Source of the DNA: Candidatus Dojkabacteria bacterium
GTDB lineage: Bacteria > Patescibacteriota > Dojkabacteria > B142 > OLB20
Assembly: GCA_046753765.1 (NCBI GenBank)
Contig: JBHHUN010000004.1
Span: forward strand, 5,359 to 69,358
DNA: 64,000 nucleotides
Direction: 5' to 3'
Of the stretch, positions 48,402 through 59,492 are shown in pieces; position 1 is the stretch's first letter; each line of letters begins with the position of its first letter. Made by a program: the position numbers and the translations under genes. The notes beneath the pieces are model-generated. The model saw only the letters and a program-made list of their open reading frames with translations, was not told where the DNA came from and did no database searches.

Positions 48402-48712
48402 TATTTATCTAGTTTCGTTTTAGTACTTTTGGCGATCCTGACTTTTACCCCCTTCTCGATTAGGTATCCCACTCTTGAAGGTTTGTTTGATTTCGGGTCG
48501 ATCACCATCACATTTGATACATGAACAGGTGCCTCAAATTCGAAAATCCCACCAGGCTTTTCTTGCCCCTGACTTTTCTGATGCTTTTTTACCTTGTTAA
48601 CCCCCTCGACAACAACCCTTTGGTCTCGCGAGAATACCTGCGTTACCTTACCAGTCTTGCCGCGATCTTTGCCTGATATTACTTTGACTGTGTCTCCCTG
48701 TTTTATCTTCAT
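48401..48712 (-). CDS. rplX: 50S ribosomal protein L24
   Basis: [22 protein letters not shown]. Confidence 0.9.
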   Translation of the reverse strand: MKIKQGDTVKVISGKDRGKTGKVTQVFSRDQRVVVEGVNKVKKHQKSQGQEKPGGIFEFEAPVHVSNVMVIDPKSNKPSRVGYLIEKGVKVRIAKSTKTKLDK

Positions 48713-48713
48713 C

Positions 48714-49097
48714 TTATATTACTTCTGGCGCTAAACTTACAATTTTATTAAACCCTTTATCCCTGAGCTCTCTTGCGATTGGACCAAAGATGCGTGTCGC
48801 CTTTGGGTCTCTTTTCTCTTTGTCGATAATTACTGCGGCATTATCATCAAAACGGATGTAAGAGCCATCTTTTCTTCTGATTTCTTTGCGGGTTCTTACA
48901 ATTACTGCATGCACGATCTCCCCCTGAGAGTAGTTGCTGTTTGGTAGGACCCTTTTAACTGAAGCACTCACAATGTCTCCAACTCTACCAAACTTCTGGT
49001 ACATCCCGCCTTTTTTGCGTCCCAACACCTGAATTACCATAATTTCTCTGGCTCCGCTGTTGTCTGCTACGTTTATTCTCGAGAGTACCTGTACCAT
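48714..49097 (-). CDS. rplN: 50S ribosomal protein L14
   Basis: [19 protein letters not shown]. Confidence 0.9.
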   Translation of the reverse strand: MVQVLSRINVADNSGAREIMVIQVLGRKKGGMYQKFGRVGDIVSASVKRVLPNSNYSQGEIVHAVIVRTRKEIRRKDGSYIRFDDNAAVIIDKEKRDPKATRIFGPIARELRDKGFNKIVSLAPEVI

Positions 49098-49384
49098 TAC
49101 TTCCGCTCCACTTTCTGGGTAAAGTAAAAGGACTTATTCCGGCTTACAGGCTTCCCCTCTTCCATAAGTACTTCATCACCTACTTTGACACTTTCATCTT
49201 CACAGTGGACGTTGTATCTCTTGTGACTCTTCACGATCTTCTTATAGAGCGGATGCGCAAATTTTATTTCAACTCTTACAACAATCGTTTTCTCTTGCTT
49301 TGTGCTTACAACTATACCCTGCAACCTTTTTGGGATTGTCGTTGATTTCTCTGATTCAGTTTTTTCGCTTTTTTTTGTAGCCAT
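49097..49384 (-). CDS. rpsQ: 30S ribosomal protein S17
   Basis: Family match. Confidence 0.85.
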   Translation of the reverse strand: MATKKSEKTESEKSTTIPKRLQGIVVSTKQEKTIVVRVEIKFAHPLYKKIVKSHKRYNVHCEDESVKVGDEVLMEEGKPVSRNKSFYFTQKVERK

Positions 49385-49386
49385 CG

Positions 49387-49728
49387 TTATTTTTTATCAA
49401 CTTTCTTTTTACTACCTTTCTTTTTACTACCTTTCTTTGTTTTCGCTTGGGGCTTAGTGATTTTACCAGATTTAACTGACTTATTGCTATCCTTTGGCTG
49501 CTTTACCATGGATTTTTTCGCTTTAAGTTTTACCCCTTTACCAAAATCACCTGCGTGCAGCACAGTTATAATCCGTGCTAACTCTTTTCTTCGTTTCCGT
49601 CTAACTGCATAATTAGTCTCCTGGCCTGTTTTAAGCTCTAAATTGAGTTCAACCATCTCAATCTGCTTTTCCTGGAGTCTTTTTTCTAGCTCTTCTTTTG
49701 TAAGTTTTCTAAGATCTTTTGCTTTCAT
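49387..49728 (-). CDS. rpmC: 50S ribosomal protein L29, with a roughly 45-aa Lys-rich C-terminal extension
   Basis: The L29 core (KELRKLTKEELEKRLQE...) is followed by a KKGSKKKGSKKKVDKK tail. Confidence 0.8.
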   Translation of the reverse strand: MKAKDLRKLTKEELEKRLQEKQIEMVELNLELKTGQETNYAVRRKRRKELARIITVLHAGDFGKGVKLKAKKSMVKQPKDSNKSVKSGKITKPQAKTKKGSKKKGSKKKVDKK

Positions 49729-50141
49729 TAGAGATTCTCCCTGCTGATTAATTTGGTTCTGACCGGCAACTTCTGTGCGGCTTTACGCAATGCTTCTCTG
49801 GCAACATCACCATCTATACCACCGAGTTCAAAAATTACCCTCCCAGGCTTAACAACAGCCACATAGCCCTCAACATCACCTTTCCCTTTGCCCATCCTGA
49901 CTTCAGCCGGTTTCTTAGTGTAGGGCTTGTGTGGAAAGATCCTGATCCATAACTTCCCTTTTCTCTTCATTTCACGCACAATCACCTTTCTTGCTGCCTC
50001 TATCTGTCTGCCATTTACCCAGCTGCGATCAATCGACTGTAGTGCATAATCGCCTACCGAAATCTGATTTCCCCTGGTCGCATTACCATGCATCTTGCCT
50101 CTAAACTCTTTTCTGTATTTTGTATTTTTTGGTTGCAGCAT
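49728..50141 (-). CDS. rplP: 50S ribosomal protein L16
   Basis: [19 protein letters not shown]. Confidence 0.9.
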   Translation of the reverse strand: MLQPKNTKYRKEFRGKMHGNATRGNQISVGDYALQSIDRSWVNGRQIEAARKVIVREMKRKGKLWIRIFPHKPYTKKPAEVRMGKGKGDVEGYVAVVKPGRVIFELGGIDGDVAREALRKAAQKLPVRTKLISRENL

Positions 50142-50158
50142 AGTTTATTGGTTTATTA

Positions 50159-50809
50159 TTATTCGGCCTCTTCAATAGAAGCCTTCTCACCAAGGTGTAC
50201 CCACACCTTGATACCGTGCTTTCCGGCATTTGGAACTACAGCCTCAACAAAAGCGTAGTCGATATCTGCTCTTAGGGTGTGCAACGGAACAGATCCCCAC
50301 TGTGCTTTCTCTCTTCTGGCAATCTCCGCACCTTTGATCCGACCGCTAACCCAGATTCGGATCCCTTTTACTATTCCAGAGTTTTTAGCGTTTTCAATTT
50401 CTCTCATCATCGCATACTTTGGAACGATCCTTCTGGTAATCTGATTTTTAATGTTATCTGCAATCAATCTTGCTAGTGCTTCAGGTCTTTTGACCTCAAA
50501 GATCTTTAGCTCAACATCCCCTTTTACCATTCTAGTAACCTGCTTTTTTAGCTGCTCAATACTTGCCCCACCCCTACCGATAACAACACCCGGTCTTGCA
50601 ACAGTTACCTCAATAAGCACTTTGTTCATCGAGCGTTTGATGCGAACTGTATTAACTCCAGCAGACTGAAGTTTTTCTCGAATGAATTCACGGACTTTTA
50701 TATCTTCAAGCAATGCATCAGCAAACTGAGCTTTAGGTGCATACCATACTGAGTTCCATCCTTTGTTTACTCCAAGTCTGAATCCGTGTGGGTTTACTTT
50801 TTGTCCCAT
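50159..50809 (-). CDS. rpsC: 30S ribosomal protein S3
   Basis: MGQKVNPHGFRLG. Confidence 0.9.
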   Translation of the reverse strand: MGQKVNPHGFRLGVNKGWNSVWYAPKAQFADALLEDIKVREFIREKLQSAGVNTVRIKRSMNKVLIEVTVARPGVVIGRGGASIEQLKKQVTRMVKGDVELKIFEVKRPEALARLIADNIKNQITRRIVPKYAMMREIENAKNSGIVKGIRIWVSGRIKGAEIARREKAQWGSVPLHTLRADIDYAFVEAVVPNAGKHGIKVWVHLGEKASIEEAE

Positions 50810-50811
50810 AA

Positions 50812-51264
50812 TTATTTTTTATTTTCTTTAGATTTAGATTTTACCGGCGCTTTTTTTGTTTTGCTTTTTGGGGCCGCTTTCTTCTTCCGAGCTGTTTTAT
50901 TCTTCGGAGTTGAGCTCTCTGTGGTCTTTTGCTCACTGACACCAATTGTTACATGGCTGTTACGCTTTAATATCTGGTGATATCGTCCCCTTGAGACAGC
51001 TCGACCACGACGGAATGTAGGCGCCTCATTTACATATGCTTCCACAACCACCAGCTTTGATTTGTCCATCTCTTTGTTGTTTGTTGCATTAGCGACTGCC
51101 GACTTTAGTACCTTTCCGATCTCGAGTGCTGAGCTTTTCTTGCTGAAACGCAAGATATGAGAAGCCTCCTCGGTGTTCTTTCCGCGAATCATATCTATAA
51201 CTAGACGCGCCTTTTGAGGTGACCTTCTTACGTATTTAGCTGTCGCGTAGACTATATCCGCCAT
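50812..51264 (-). CDS. rplV: 50S ribosomal protein L22, with a C-terminal basic extension
   Basis: Family match. Confidence 0.85.
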   Translation of the reverse strand: MADIVYATAKYVRRSPQKARLVIDMIRGKNTEEASHILRFSKKSSALEIGKVLKSAVANATNNKEMDKSKLVVVEAYVNEAPTFRRGRAVSRGRYHQILKRNSHVTIGVSEQKTTESSTPKNKTARKKKAAPKSKTKKAPVKSKSKENKK

Positions 51265-51266
51265 AA

Positions 51267-51569
51267 TTAAGTTTCGGTACGACCAACTGAACCGCTGGCT
51301 TTTGCAATTTTACCTTTCCTTGAGTGCCCCTGAAATCTTCTGGTAGCCGAAAACTCACCGAGTTTGTGCCCAACCATTGATTCAGTGACGAAAACCTTGA
51401 TGAAATCTTTCCCATTATGTACTTCGAATGTCAAACCAACCATCTCCGGCGAAATCGACGAAGATCTTGACCAAGTACGGATGGGTCCTCCACCTTCGGC
51501 TTTGGACTTATTAATTTTCTTTAGCAGTTTTTCGTCAACGTATGGACCTTTTTTTGATGACCTAGACAT
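51267..51569 (-). CDS. rpsS: 30S ribosomal protein S19
   Basis: Family match. Confidence 0.9.
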   Translation of the reverse strand: MSRSSKKGPYVDEKLLKKINKSKAEGGGPIRTWSRSSSISPEMVGLTFEVHNGKDFIKVFVTESMVGHKLGEFSATRRFQGHSRKGKIAKASGSVGRTET

Positions 51570-51580
51570 ATTCTTACTGT

Positions 51581-52450
51581 TTAAACTATTGTTTTATACT
51601 TTTTGAACTTCCTGCCCTTTCCAACGGACCGGCGTTTAACGATGAACTTATTAGTTCTCTTGTTTTTTCTCGTTCGGGTGCCTACCCTGTTGCCCCACGG
51701 ATCTTTAGCAGGGCCACCAGTACCGTGCCTACCGCCCTTTCCCTGACCATCGGCGTGTGGATGATTAGCACCACTTTGAGCTACACCTCTTACCGTCGGT
51801 CGAATCCCCATCTTTCTTTTGCGACCTGCCTTGCCAAATTTAACGTTTTTGTGATCTGTGTTTCCAAGTGTTCCAATGGTTGCATAGTTTTCTTCGCGGA
51901 CAAGCCTTATCTCACCACTTGGCAGCTTTAGTTGTATGTATCCCTTTGCTCCACCCTGTATCTGGATTGAAGTGCCAGCACTTCTCCCGAAAGTCCCACC
52001 ATTTCCACGTTTGAGTTCAACGTTGTGCACAAAGGTAGCGGCGGGGATCTTTTTCATTGGTAAGGCATTGCCTACTCTGATCGGCGCCTTTTCGCCTGCT
52101 TCAATTTTACTCCCAACTTTTATTGAAGATGGTGCCAAGATGTATCTTCGTTCACCATCTGCATATTTTACAAGGGCGATGTTTACTGATCTATTCGGGT
52201 CGTATTCGATGGACTCGACGACTCCAGGCACATCATGTTTATCTCTTATAAAATCAATCTCTCTATAGAGCCTCTTTGCGCGTCCACCTCTGTGTCTTGC
52301 AGTCTGCTTACCGCGAAAATTTCTTCCTGCCTTGTACTTAACACTTTTTGTAAGTGTTTTCTCAGGACGCTTTTTATCAAGCGCGCTGTTATCAAGGAGC
52401 ACAGTATGTCTTCTTGTCGGTGTTGTTGGTTTAAGTACTTTTAATGGCAT
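51581..52450 (-). CDS. rplB: 50S ribosomal protein L2
   Basis: Family match. Confidence 0.9.
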   Translation of the reverse strand: MPLKVLKPTTPTRRHTVLLDNSALDKKRPEKTLTKSVKYKAGRNFRGKQTARHRGGRAKRLYREIDFIRDKHDVPGVVESIEYDPNRSVNIALVKYADGERRYILAPSSIKVGSKIEAGEKAPIRVGNALPMKKIPAATFVHNVELKRGNGGTFGRSAGTSIQIQGGAKGYIQLKLPSGEIRLVREENYATIGTLGNTDHKNVKFGKAGRKRKMGIRPTVRGVAQSGANHPHADGQGKGGRHGTGGPAKDPWGNRVGTRTRKNKRTNKFIVKRRSVGKGRKFKKYKTIV

Positions 52451-52452
52451 TA

Positions 52453-52755
52453 CTATTTGATATCAAACACTGATATTGAATCACCTTTCTTAAGTGTGAC
52501 TATGGCTTTTTTATAGTTTTTTCTCTGTCCCGGTCTACGGCTTTTACCAAACCTGACCTTTTTTCCAAGAACGTTAACTATCCTTACTTTTTCGACCTTA
52601 ACATCAAAGCTCCCCGAAACAGCCTCGTTTATTTTTATCTTTCCGGCACTGGGTTTTACCAGAAAGGTGTATTGGTTTAGCTTGCTCGCAAGCTCAATCG
52701 TCTTCTCTGTTACTACTGGTCTTATTAATATTTGTTGCGTTGGTTTGATCGCCAT
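52453..52755 (-). CDS. rplW: 50S ribosomal protein L23
   Basis: Family match. Confidence 0.85.
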   Translation of the reverse strand: MAIKPTQQILIRPVVTEKTIELASKLNQYTFLVKPSAGKIKINEAVSGSFDVKVEKVRIVNVLGKKVRFGKSRRPGQRKNYKKAIVTLKKGDSISVFDIK

Positions 52756-53453
52756 TATTTCTTTTTAGCTTTTGGTTTCGCTTTTGTCTTAGGTGTTAAC
52801 TTAGTACTTTTTACAGGTTTTTCACTTCCCCAGAAATTTGAAATGGTCTCCAAGGCTCCTTTTAAAATAACAAGATTCCCTGCATTTAGAATACTAAAGA
52901 CATTTAATTCTCCAACTCTACTAACTTCCACGTTGGATACATTAGAGGCTGCCTGAACCAGACTTTGGTTATTCTCAGCCTGCACAATCAGCGTTTTCCC
53001 TTCAAGCTTTGCCTTTCTGAGCAAAGTTGCAAGAGCTTTGGAACGCGCTGTCTCAGCTATGGCAATATCTTCAAATATACTTAATTTCTTGCCACTGGCC
53101 ATCATTGAGAAAGCGGAGCGAACAGCCTGTTTGCGCATTTTCTTACTAAGCTGTTTTTTATAGCTTCTGCTATTTGTTGGTCCAAATGTAACTCCACCTC
53201 TTGTCCAGATGGGGCTACGCGTAGATCCGTGCCTTGCACGCCCCGTTCCCTTTTGTCTCCACGGCTTTCTCCCGCCACCTCGAACCTCACCTCTGTCTTT
53301 TGTATGTGCATTCGCCTGCCTCTGGTTGTCTCTGTAAATTCTCACAGCTTGAGCCAAAAGAGTTTCATTGACCTTGGCACCAAAAACTGCACTATCAAGA
53401 TTCACTTTTGTTTTCGCCTTTGTTCCAGTTTTTGTATAAGTTACCGTCTGCAT
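52755..53453 (-). CDS. rplD: 50S ribosomal protein L4
   Basis: Family match. Confidence 0.85.
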   Translation of the reverse strand: MQTVTYTKTGTKAKTKVNLDSAVFGAKVNETLLAQAVRIYRDNQRQANAHTKDRGEVRGGGRKPWRQKGTGRARHGSTRSPIWTRGGVTFGPTNSRSYKKQLSKKMRKQAVRSAFSMMASGKKLSIFEDIAIAETARSKALATLLRKAKLEGKTLIVQAENNQSLVQAASNVSNVEVSRVGELNVFSILNAGNLVILKGALETISNFWGSEKPVKSTKLTPKTKAKPKAKKK

Positions 53454-54064
53454 TATCTTGTTGATTTAATCATTACAACTGAACCTTTACTTCCGGGGAT
53501 TGCTCCCTTTATGGCAATTAAACCATTCTTATCGTCAACAGCGACTACCTTCAGGTTTTTAACAGTCTTAGTCTCTCCACCCATTCTCCCTGGCATCCTT
53601 TTGCCTTTGAAAACTCGCCCAGGTGTCGTACCCGACCCGATAGATCCAGGAGCTCTATGTCTATCAGATTGACCATGAGTTTTTGAGCCACCTTTGAAAC
53701 CATATCTCTTTACTACTCCTTGAAACCCCTTCCCCTTTGATCTTCCAGTGACATCAACAGTCTCATCAACTTCAAATAGAGAAGCCTTCAGCACATCCCC
53801 GACCTTAATTTCTCCATCAAAGCCTCTAACCTCGCGTGCATTCTGCGGAACAAATCCTCCATGTTTATACTGTCCCTGCTCTGCCTTTGTAGCATTTTTC
53901 TTTGTACCCCTTCCAAGCACTACAGCTTCATAGCCGTCTTTGTCTTCAGACTTACTGGCCACAACACCAACACCATTCACATCTATAATGGTTACAGGGA
54001 TGATATCTCCATCATCTTTGAACAGTTGCGTCATTAGTTTTTTTATCCCGATTATCGCCTTCAT
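53453..54064 (-). CDS. rplC: 50S ribosomal protein L3
   Basis: Family match. Confidence 0.9.
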   Translation of the reverse strand: MKAIIGIKKLMTQLFKDDGDIIPVTIIDVNGVGVVASKSEDKDGYEAVVLGRGTKKNATKAEQGQYKHGGFVPQNAREVRGFDGEIKVGDVLKASLFEVDETVDVTGRSKGKGFQGVVKRYGFKGGSKTHGQSDRHRAPGSIGSGTTPGRVFKGKRMPGRMGGETKTVKNLKVVAVDDKNGLIAIKGAIPGSKGSVVMIKSTR

Positions 54065-54131
54065 TTTTAAAAAAGATGATTGCCTGTAAGGGCAATAGTT
54101 CTAATTAAACCAAGCGCAAGGAATTTACCTA

Positions 54132-54431
54132 TCACTTAATTTCTATCCAAACCCCGGCAGCCAATTGTAAATGTGTCAGTGAGTCGATTGTCTTACTGGT
54201 TGGATCTACAATCTCTATTAGTCTTTTATGAGTATTTTGTTCAAAGTGCTCTTTAGATTTCGAATAAACATGGGGGGATTTGAGGGTGACAAATATCCTA
54301 CGCCTCGTTGGCAGTGGGATAGGCCCCAATGTTTTAGCCCCCGTTCTAACAGCCGTATCGATAATTTGCTGTGATGCTTTATCGACCACCTTGCTGTCAT
54401 ATCCTTTTATTTTGATTCTAATCTTTTGCAT
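54132..54431 (-). CDS. rpsJ: 30S ribosomal protein S10
   Basis: Family match. Confidence 0.9.
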   Translation of the reverse strand: MQKIRIKIKGYDSKVVDKASQQIIDTAVRTGAKTLGPIPLPTRRRIFVTLKSPHVYSKSKEHFEQNTHKRLIEIVDPTSKTIDSLTHLQLAAGVWIEIK

Positions 54432-54482
54432 CTTTCGTTTATCGGGCTGGTTATTAATAACCAGCCCGACATCCTTTCTCGC

Positions 54483-55679
54483 TTACTTAATGATCTTGGT
54501 AACTATTCCTGCTCCTACCGTCTTTCCACCTTCTCTAATTGCAAACCTCATCTGTTCTTCGATTGCTGCTGGTGTCTGAATCTTGACGTTAAAGGTTGCA
54601 TTGTCACCAGGCATCACCATTTCAGTTCCATCTGGGAGAGTAACCTCTCCTGTGATGTCAGCCGTCCTGATATAAAACTGAGGTTTATAGCCTGTAAAGA
54701 AAGCTGTATGCCTCCCACCTTCATCTTTTGAAAGAATGTAAGCTTCAACCTCAAACTCAGTATGTGGCTTGATTGAACCTTTAGCAGCTAAAACCTGCCC
54801 CCTGCTAATCTCTTCACGCTTAACACCTCGGATAAGAAGACCGATATTGTCGCCAGCCTGCCCCTCATCGAGCTGTTTATTAAACATCTCAACTCCAGTA
54901 ACCGTTACCTGCTTCACTTTATCCATAAGACCAATCTGATCAACCTCTTCACCTACCTTAACTTTACCCCTTGAGACTCTTCCCGTTGCGACTGTACCAC
55001 GACCCTCAATAGAGAATACATCTTCAACAGGCATAAGGAATGGCTTATCCATCTCGCGTGGCGGCTCTGGAATCTCATTGTCAAGAGCTTCCATAAGCTC
55101 CTGCATTGTTTTATCACCTTCGTCTCCACCTTCAAGCCCTTTGAGTGCACTCCCTTTCACTACTTTAATCTTATCTCCTGGGTATTCGTACTTGCTCAGA
55201 AGCTCCCTTACCTCTTCCTCAACGAGAGCAAGAAGATCCTCGTCCATATTATCGTCGAATATGTTGATAAAAACAACGAAGTGCTCAACACCGACCTGAC
55301 GTGCCAGGATGATATGCTCTTTCGTCTGTGGCATCGGACCGTCAGTGGCAGAGACAACAAGGATTGCTCCGTCCATTTGGGCGGCACCGGTAATCATATT
55401 TTTAATATAGTCCTTATGTCCGGGACAGTCTATGTGCGCATAATGCCTTTTCTCCGATTCGTATTCTACATGTGAGGAGGCAACGGTTACGATCTTGGTT
55501 TTGTCTCTAACGACTCCACCTTTAGCGATCTCTTCGTAGCCTTTCTCAGAGGAGATTCTGCCCTTGCGTTTTGCATAGGCGATCAAAGCAGCTGTCAATG
55601 TGGTTTTACCGTGGTCAATGTGACCAAGCGTTCCTACATTCAGATGCGGCTTTGTTCTTTCGAATTTTTTGTCAGCCAT
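54483..55679 (-). CDS. tuf: Elongation factor Tu
   Basis: 398 aa with [10 protein letters not shown] and DCPGHKDY. Confidence 0.95.
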   Translation of the reverse strand: MADKKFERTKPHLNVGTLGHIDHGKTTLTAALIAYAKRKGRISSEKGYEEIAKGGVVRDKTKIVTVASSHVEYESEKRHYAHIDCPGHKDYIKNMITGAAQMDGAILVVSATDGPMPQTKEHIILARQVGVEHFVVFINIFDDNMDEDLLALVEEEVRELLSKYEYPGDKIKVVKGSALKGLEGGDEGDKTMQELMEALDNEIPEPPREMDKPFLMPVEDVFSIEGRGTVATGRVSRGKVKVGEEVDQIGLMDKVKQVTVTGVEMFNKQLDEGQAGDNIGLLIRGVKREEISRGQVLAAKGSIKPHTEFEVEAYILSKDEGGRHTAFFTGYKPQFYIRTADITGEVTLPDGTEMVMPGDNATFNVKIQTPAAIEEQMRFAIREGGKTVGAGIVTKIIK

Positions 55680-55892
55680 TTTATGAAGTAACTGAAGTAA
55701 TATAAAAATAAGTCACCTCTAACTTTGAGTAATTATTTTTCTGCCAGAGTCAGTTCTATTAGTTAGGCAGGTTTATCACCGAAAAATAAGCACTCATGGA
55801 GCTAGTAGGCAGCATGGACTACTCTAAGTAGTCTTTATAACAAATTTTACCATATAGTGCAATACGTTTGCTCTTCTTTTAATATAAAGATA

Positions 55893-58049
55893 CTAGCCCT
55901 TCTGTTCTTTGATCCCAAGTGCCTCGCTCACAAGGTTTTCTGGTACTTTTTCGTAGTGACTAAACTCCATGACACTGTTGGCTTTACCCTTGGACATAGA
56001 GCGGAGCTCGTTGATCCATCCGAACATATTTCCGAGTGGGACAGTTGCTTCAATCTCCTGTACTTTGCCCTTTGACTCCATCTTACTGATCTTGCCTCGC
56101 TTTGAAGAGAGAGCTCCAGTAACATCTCCTGCGTAATCGTCGGGAGAGGACACGTTTACCTTCATGATTGGTTCGAGAAGAATTGGATGTGCCTTTTTAA
56201 TTGCTTCCCTGATCCCTCGCGATGCAGCAATCCTAAATGAGTCAGTGCTCGAGTCAACATCATGGAAAGATCCATCAATCAGTGTAACCTTAACATCTAC
56301 AACTGGGAACCCCCCAAGATTACCACTCTTGAGACTCTCCTGAATTCCTTTGTCGACCGAAGGAATAAATTCCTGAGGAATCGCACCTCCCTTAATCTTA
56401 TTAACAAATTCATATCCGTCACCGCGTTCTTGAGGTGTAACAATAATTGTAAGATCAGCAAACTGTCCGGCGCCACCTGTTTGTTTTTTAAGTACCTCAT
56501 TGTGTTCGACCTCTTGTTCAACTGCCTCTTTGTACGCAACCTGAGGCTTACCGGTCATAACATCGATTCCGTAAGTGCGTTTAAGCAGGTCAACTTTGAT
56601 CTCGAGGTGGAGTTCTCCCATACCGGAGATAATGGTCTGGCCAGTATCCTGATTGGTTGTGGCAGTGAAGGTCGGGTCTTCCTGCATGAGCTTTCGTAAA
56701 GCCTCTCCCATCTTCTCCTGATCTGACTTTGTTTTAGGCTCAATAGCGAGACTAACAACAGGATCGGGAAAATCAATACTTTCAAGTACTATCTGATCTT
56801 TATCACCAGTTACAGTGTTTCCGGTAAAAGACTCTTTCAAACCGACTATTCCAACTATGTCGCCAGCCCTGGCACTCTTTAGATCTTCGCGGTCGTTAGC
56901 ATGCATCATAAGTACACGACCGACGCGTTCTTTTTTCTTTCTGGAGGTATTCATAACGAATGATCCTGCATCGAGTTTGCCGGCATAAATTCTTATAAAT
57001 GCAAGCTGACCAACATGTGGATCTACTGCTATTTTAAATACTAGACCAACAAAAGGTGAGTCTTCGCTGACATCAAATTTCATCAGTTCATTTGAATCGA
57101 TATCTGTCCCTACAACCTGACCTGTGAACTCTTCGGCCTTCCCGGTTTCAGGATTTATATATGTGTATACCTTTTGGAAAGGAGATGGAAGGTAACGACA
57201 GACATTGTCAAGCAGGGTCTTTGTCTCAGCCATTCTTGAATCTCCACCGGTCACCGGGAAGATCTTCCTAGACAATGTGAACATTCGGATGGCCGTATAC
57301 ATCTCTTCAGCCTCCAGTACACCATCCTCAAGATATTTCTCCATCAGCTCATCGTCTGCCTCTGCAATCTTTTCAACAAGGGCTTCATGAAGTTCGCCGC
57401 AACGCTCTTTTATGTCTTCAGGAATCTCGATATCTTTGAACTCCTGCTTTGTGTCATCGGTGTACTCGTATGCTTTCATAGTAACCAGATCAACATAACC
57501 CTTAAGGTCGTGCTCTATTCCAATGGGGTAAGTTATCGCAACAGCGGCATCGCTAAGCTCTTCCTGAATGGATTTGAGTGACATCTCGAAATCGCCACCT
57601 ACAAGATTTAGTTTATTGATAAAGCAGATTCTTGGAACGTTATACTTATCTGCCTGCCCCCAGACTTTGCTGGATTGTGGCTCTACACCCATCTTTCCGT
57701 CAAAAATAACCACAGCACCGTCGAGTACCCGAAGTGAGCGCTCAACCTCGGCTGTGAAATCTACGTGCCCTGGAGTATCAATAATATTGATTCTGTAAAG
57801 TGTGTCGTTTAAGCTCCAAAATGATGTAGTTGCAGCGGATTGAATAGTAATACCTCGCTCTTTTTCCTGATCCATGAAGTCCATATCTGCCTCGCCCTCA
57901 TGCACCTCACCGATATTGTGTTTCTTTCCAGTATAAAAAAGAATTCTTTCTGTCGTTGTAGTTTTTCCAGCATCTACGTGCGCAATAATCCCTATATTTC
58001 TATAGTGTTGCAGGTCCTTAACAGATGAGTAATCAACCTTATTGGCCAT
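55893..58049 (-). CDS. fusA: Elongation factor G
   Basis: AHVDAGKTT and DTPGHVDF. The start is set at the internal MANKVDYS rather than at the ORF-track upstream extension. Confidence 0.9.
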   Translation of the reverse strand: MANKVDYSSVKDLQHYRNIGIIAHVDAGKTTTTERILFYTGKKHNIGEVHEGEADMDFMDQEKERGITIQSAATTSFWSLNDTLYRINIIDTPGHVDFTAEVERSLRVLDGAVVIFDGKMGVEPQSSKVWGQADKYNVPRICFINKLNLVGGDFEMSLKSIQEELSDAAVAITYPIGIEHDLKGYVDLVTMKAYEYTDDTKQEFKDIEIPEDIKERCGELHEALVEKIAEADDELMEKYLEDGVLEAEEMYTAIRMFTLSRKIFPVTGGDSRMAETKTLLDNVCRYLPSPFQKVYTYINPETGKAEEFTGQVVGTDIDSNELMKFDVSEDSPFVGLVFKIAVDPHVGQLAFIRIYAGKLDAGSFVMNTSRKKKERVGRVLMMHANDREDLKSARAGDIVGIVGLKESFTGNTVTGDKDQIVLESIDFPDPVVSLAIEPKTKSDQEKMGEALRKLMQEDPTFTATTNQDTGQTIISGMGELHLEIKVDLLKRTYGIDVMTGKPQVAYKEAVEQEVEHNEVLKKQTGGAGQFADLTIIVTPQERGDGYEFVNKIKGGAIPQEFIPSVDKGIQESLKSGNLGGFPVVDVKVTLIDGSFHDVDSSTDSFRIAASRGIREAIKKAHPILLEPIMKVNVSSPDDYAGDVTGALSSKRGKISKMESKGKVQEIEATVPLGNMFGWINELRSMSKGKANSVMEFSHYEKVPENLVSEALGIKEQKG

Positions 58050-58204
58050 GATTTCGAGTGTAAAAATGTGAATTAGACACAAAAAATCCCCTGAATAAGA
58101 AGGGAAGTCAAATTATATCAGCAAACAATATAAATGTATAGTTGTGACGTATTAAATGATCTGATAAATTGAGCCTGTTGTTAATCTTTTAATAATATTA
58201 AGAA

Positions 58205-58750
58205 GTGAATAATCAGACTTACGCTGTTGTAGCTTTAGTTGTTGCACTTCTTGCTGGTTTCTTTCTGGGGAATAACTATGGATCAAGCCAATTACGAGAA
58301 GTTGATGGCTCGAAGGATCAAACGGTACTGGCAACACATGCACACGTTAACAAAGAGGTCAACGCCGACGCACCTATTCCGTCAGTCAAAATCATTGAAG
58401 TTAATGAAGATAGGATCCCCAACTCAAGTAAGATCATAGAGGAAGGCGACTCGCTAAATCCTGAAGGTTCAACTTTTGGAGGATACAATTTGTTGCTTCA
58501 ATTTGAAAACTACACCTTGAGACCACAGAATGCAGGTCAAGATCCGATTGATAACGAAGGCCACGCACACCTTTACATCAACGGAAAGGAGATTGGCAGG
58601 ATCTACAGCAAGCACATCCATGTGCCTGCTAGACTATTAGAAGAGGGCGAGAATACTATTGTGGTGAATCTGAGCAACAATGACCACTCCGAAATCGTTA
58701 ATGGCGATGAACACATTAGCGATAGCGTAACTGTTACCGTTGAACAATAG
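58205..58750 (+). CDS. Hypothetical secreted protein
   Basis: 181 aa with an N-terminal TM/signal and a beta-rich domain. Confidence 0.35.
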   Translation: MNNQTYAVVALVVALLAGFFLGNNYGSSQLREVDGSKDQTVLATHAHVNKEVNADAPIPSVKIIEVNEDRIPNSSKIIEEGDSLNPEGSTFGGYNLLLQFENYTLRPQNAGQDPIDNEGHAHLYINGKEIGRIYSKHIHVPARLLEEGENTIVVNLSNNDHSEIVNGDEHISDSVTVTVEQ

Positions 58751-58773
58751 CTAGAAAAACCAGAAAATCTGTA

Positions 58774-58800
58774 AAACGAGCCGCACTGGCTCGTTTTCAT
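58774..58800 (+). terminator. Rho-independent terminator
   Basis: AACGAGCC-GCACT-GGCTCGTT followed by TTCATT. Confidence 0.5.
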
Positions 58801-58928
58801 TGATATACGGATTATATTCAAGCTAGAGCAGATATCTGGTATAATAAGGGTCATGAATCCCAAACTACCCCACTTGTAATAAAATTCAATTGCCCTCAGG
58901 AGCCCCTTTTACTTGTTACGAAATACTG

Positions 58929-59414
58929 ATGTTTAGGAAAGGAAGAAAGGTCATTTATCCCGTTTACGGGCCAGGAAAAATCGTTGACATCTTTACCGAG
59001 GAGGTTGGAGAAGATGCCGTGGAGTATTTTGATATTGAGTTTCTGAATACTAATCTCACCGTTTCAATTCCCGTTGAAGAGGCTATCGAATTCGGCCTCC
59101 GTTACCCTCTCAGTGAAAAAGAACTTAAAAAGGCTCTAAAAGCTCTGGATGAAAAGGTTCGCATTAGTAAGACGCTCCTTGATGACATAGACGAATTCAC
59201 GAGTACACGATTTAAAAGTGGAACCATTGAAGATGCGATTGAGGTTGTAAACCAGCTACGCAGGTTAGCGCAGCGCAAGCTGAAACAAGACAAAAAACTC
59301 TCAGCATATGAGATGGATAAACTGGAGAAAGCTATTTACTTCATTAGATCAGAGGTGCACTTGGTGATGGGTGCGACAAAGGCTGATCTGTATGACTTGG
59401 AGATTATTAAGTAG
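58929..59414 (+). CDS. CarD/CdnL/TRCF-family RNA-polymerase-binding transcription factor
   Basis: The N-terminal region KGRKVIYPVYGPGKIVDI...YFDIEF...LTVSIPVEEAIEFGLR matches the CarD_CdnL_TRCF RNAP-interacting domain. The start is set at the internal MFRKG. Confidence 0.55.
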   Translation: MFRKGRKVIYPVYGPGKIVDIFTEEVGEDAVEYFDIEFLNTNLTVSIPVEEAIEFGLRYPLSEKELKKALKALDEKVRISKTLLDDIDEFTSTRFKSGTIEDAIEVVNQLRRLAQRKLKQDKKLSAYEMDKLEKAIYFIRSEVHLVMGATKADLYDLEIIK

Positions 59415-59492
59415 TCGCGACTCATCGTCATCCAAGCGCGAAAGCGTTTCACTGTCTTCGCTACTGTTTACCAAGTACTCGTATTCCGATTT

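Noticed and set aside
55893-58082. Upstream extension of fusA (MCLIHIFTLEI...)
   Set aside because: Canonical EF-G begins at MANKVDYS, so the extension is upstream read-through of the open frame.
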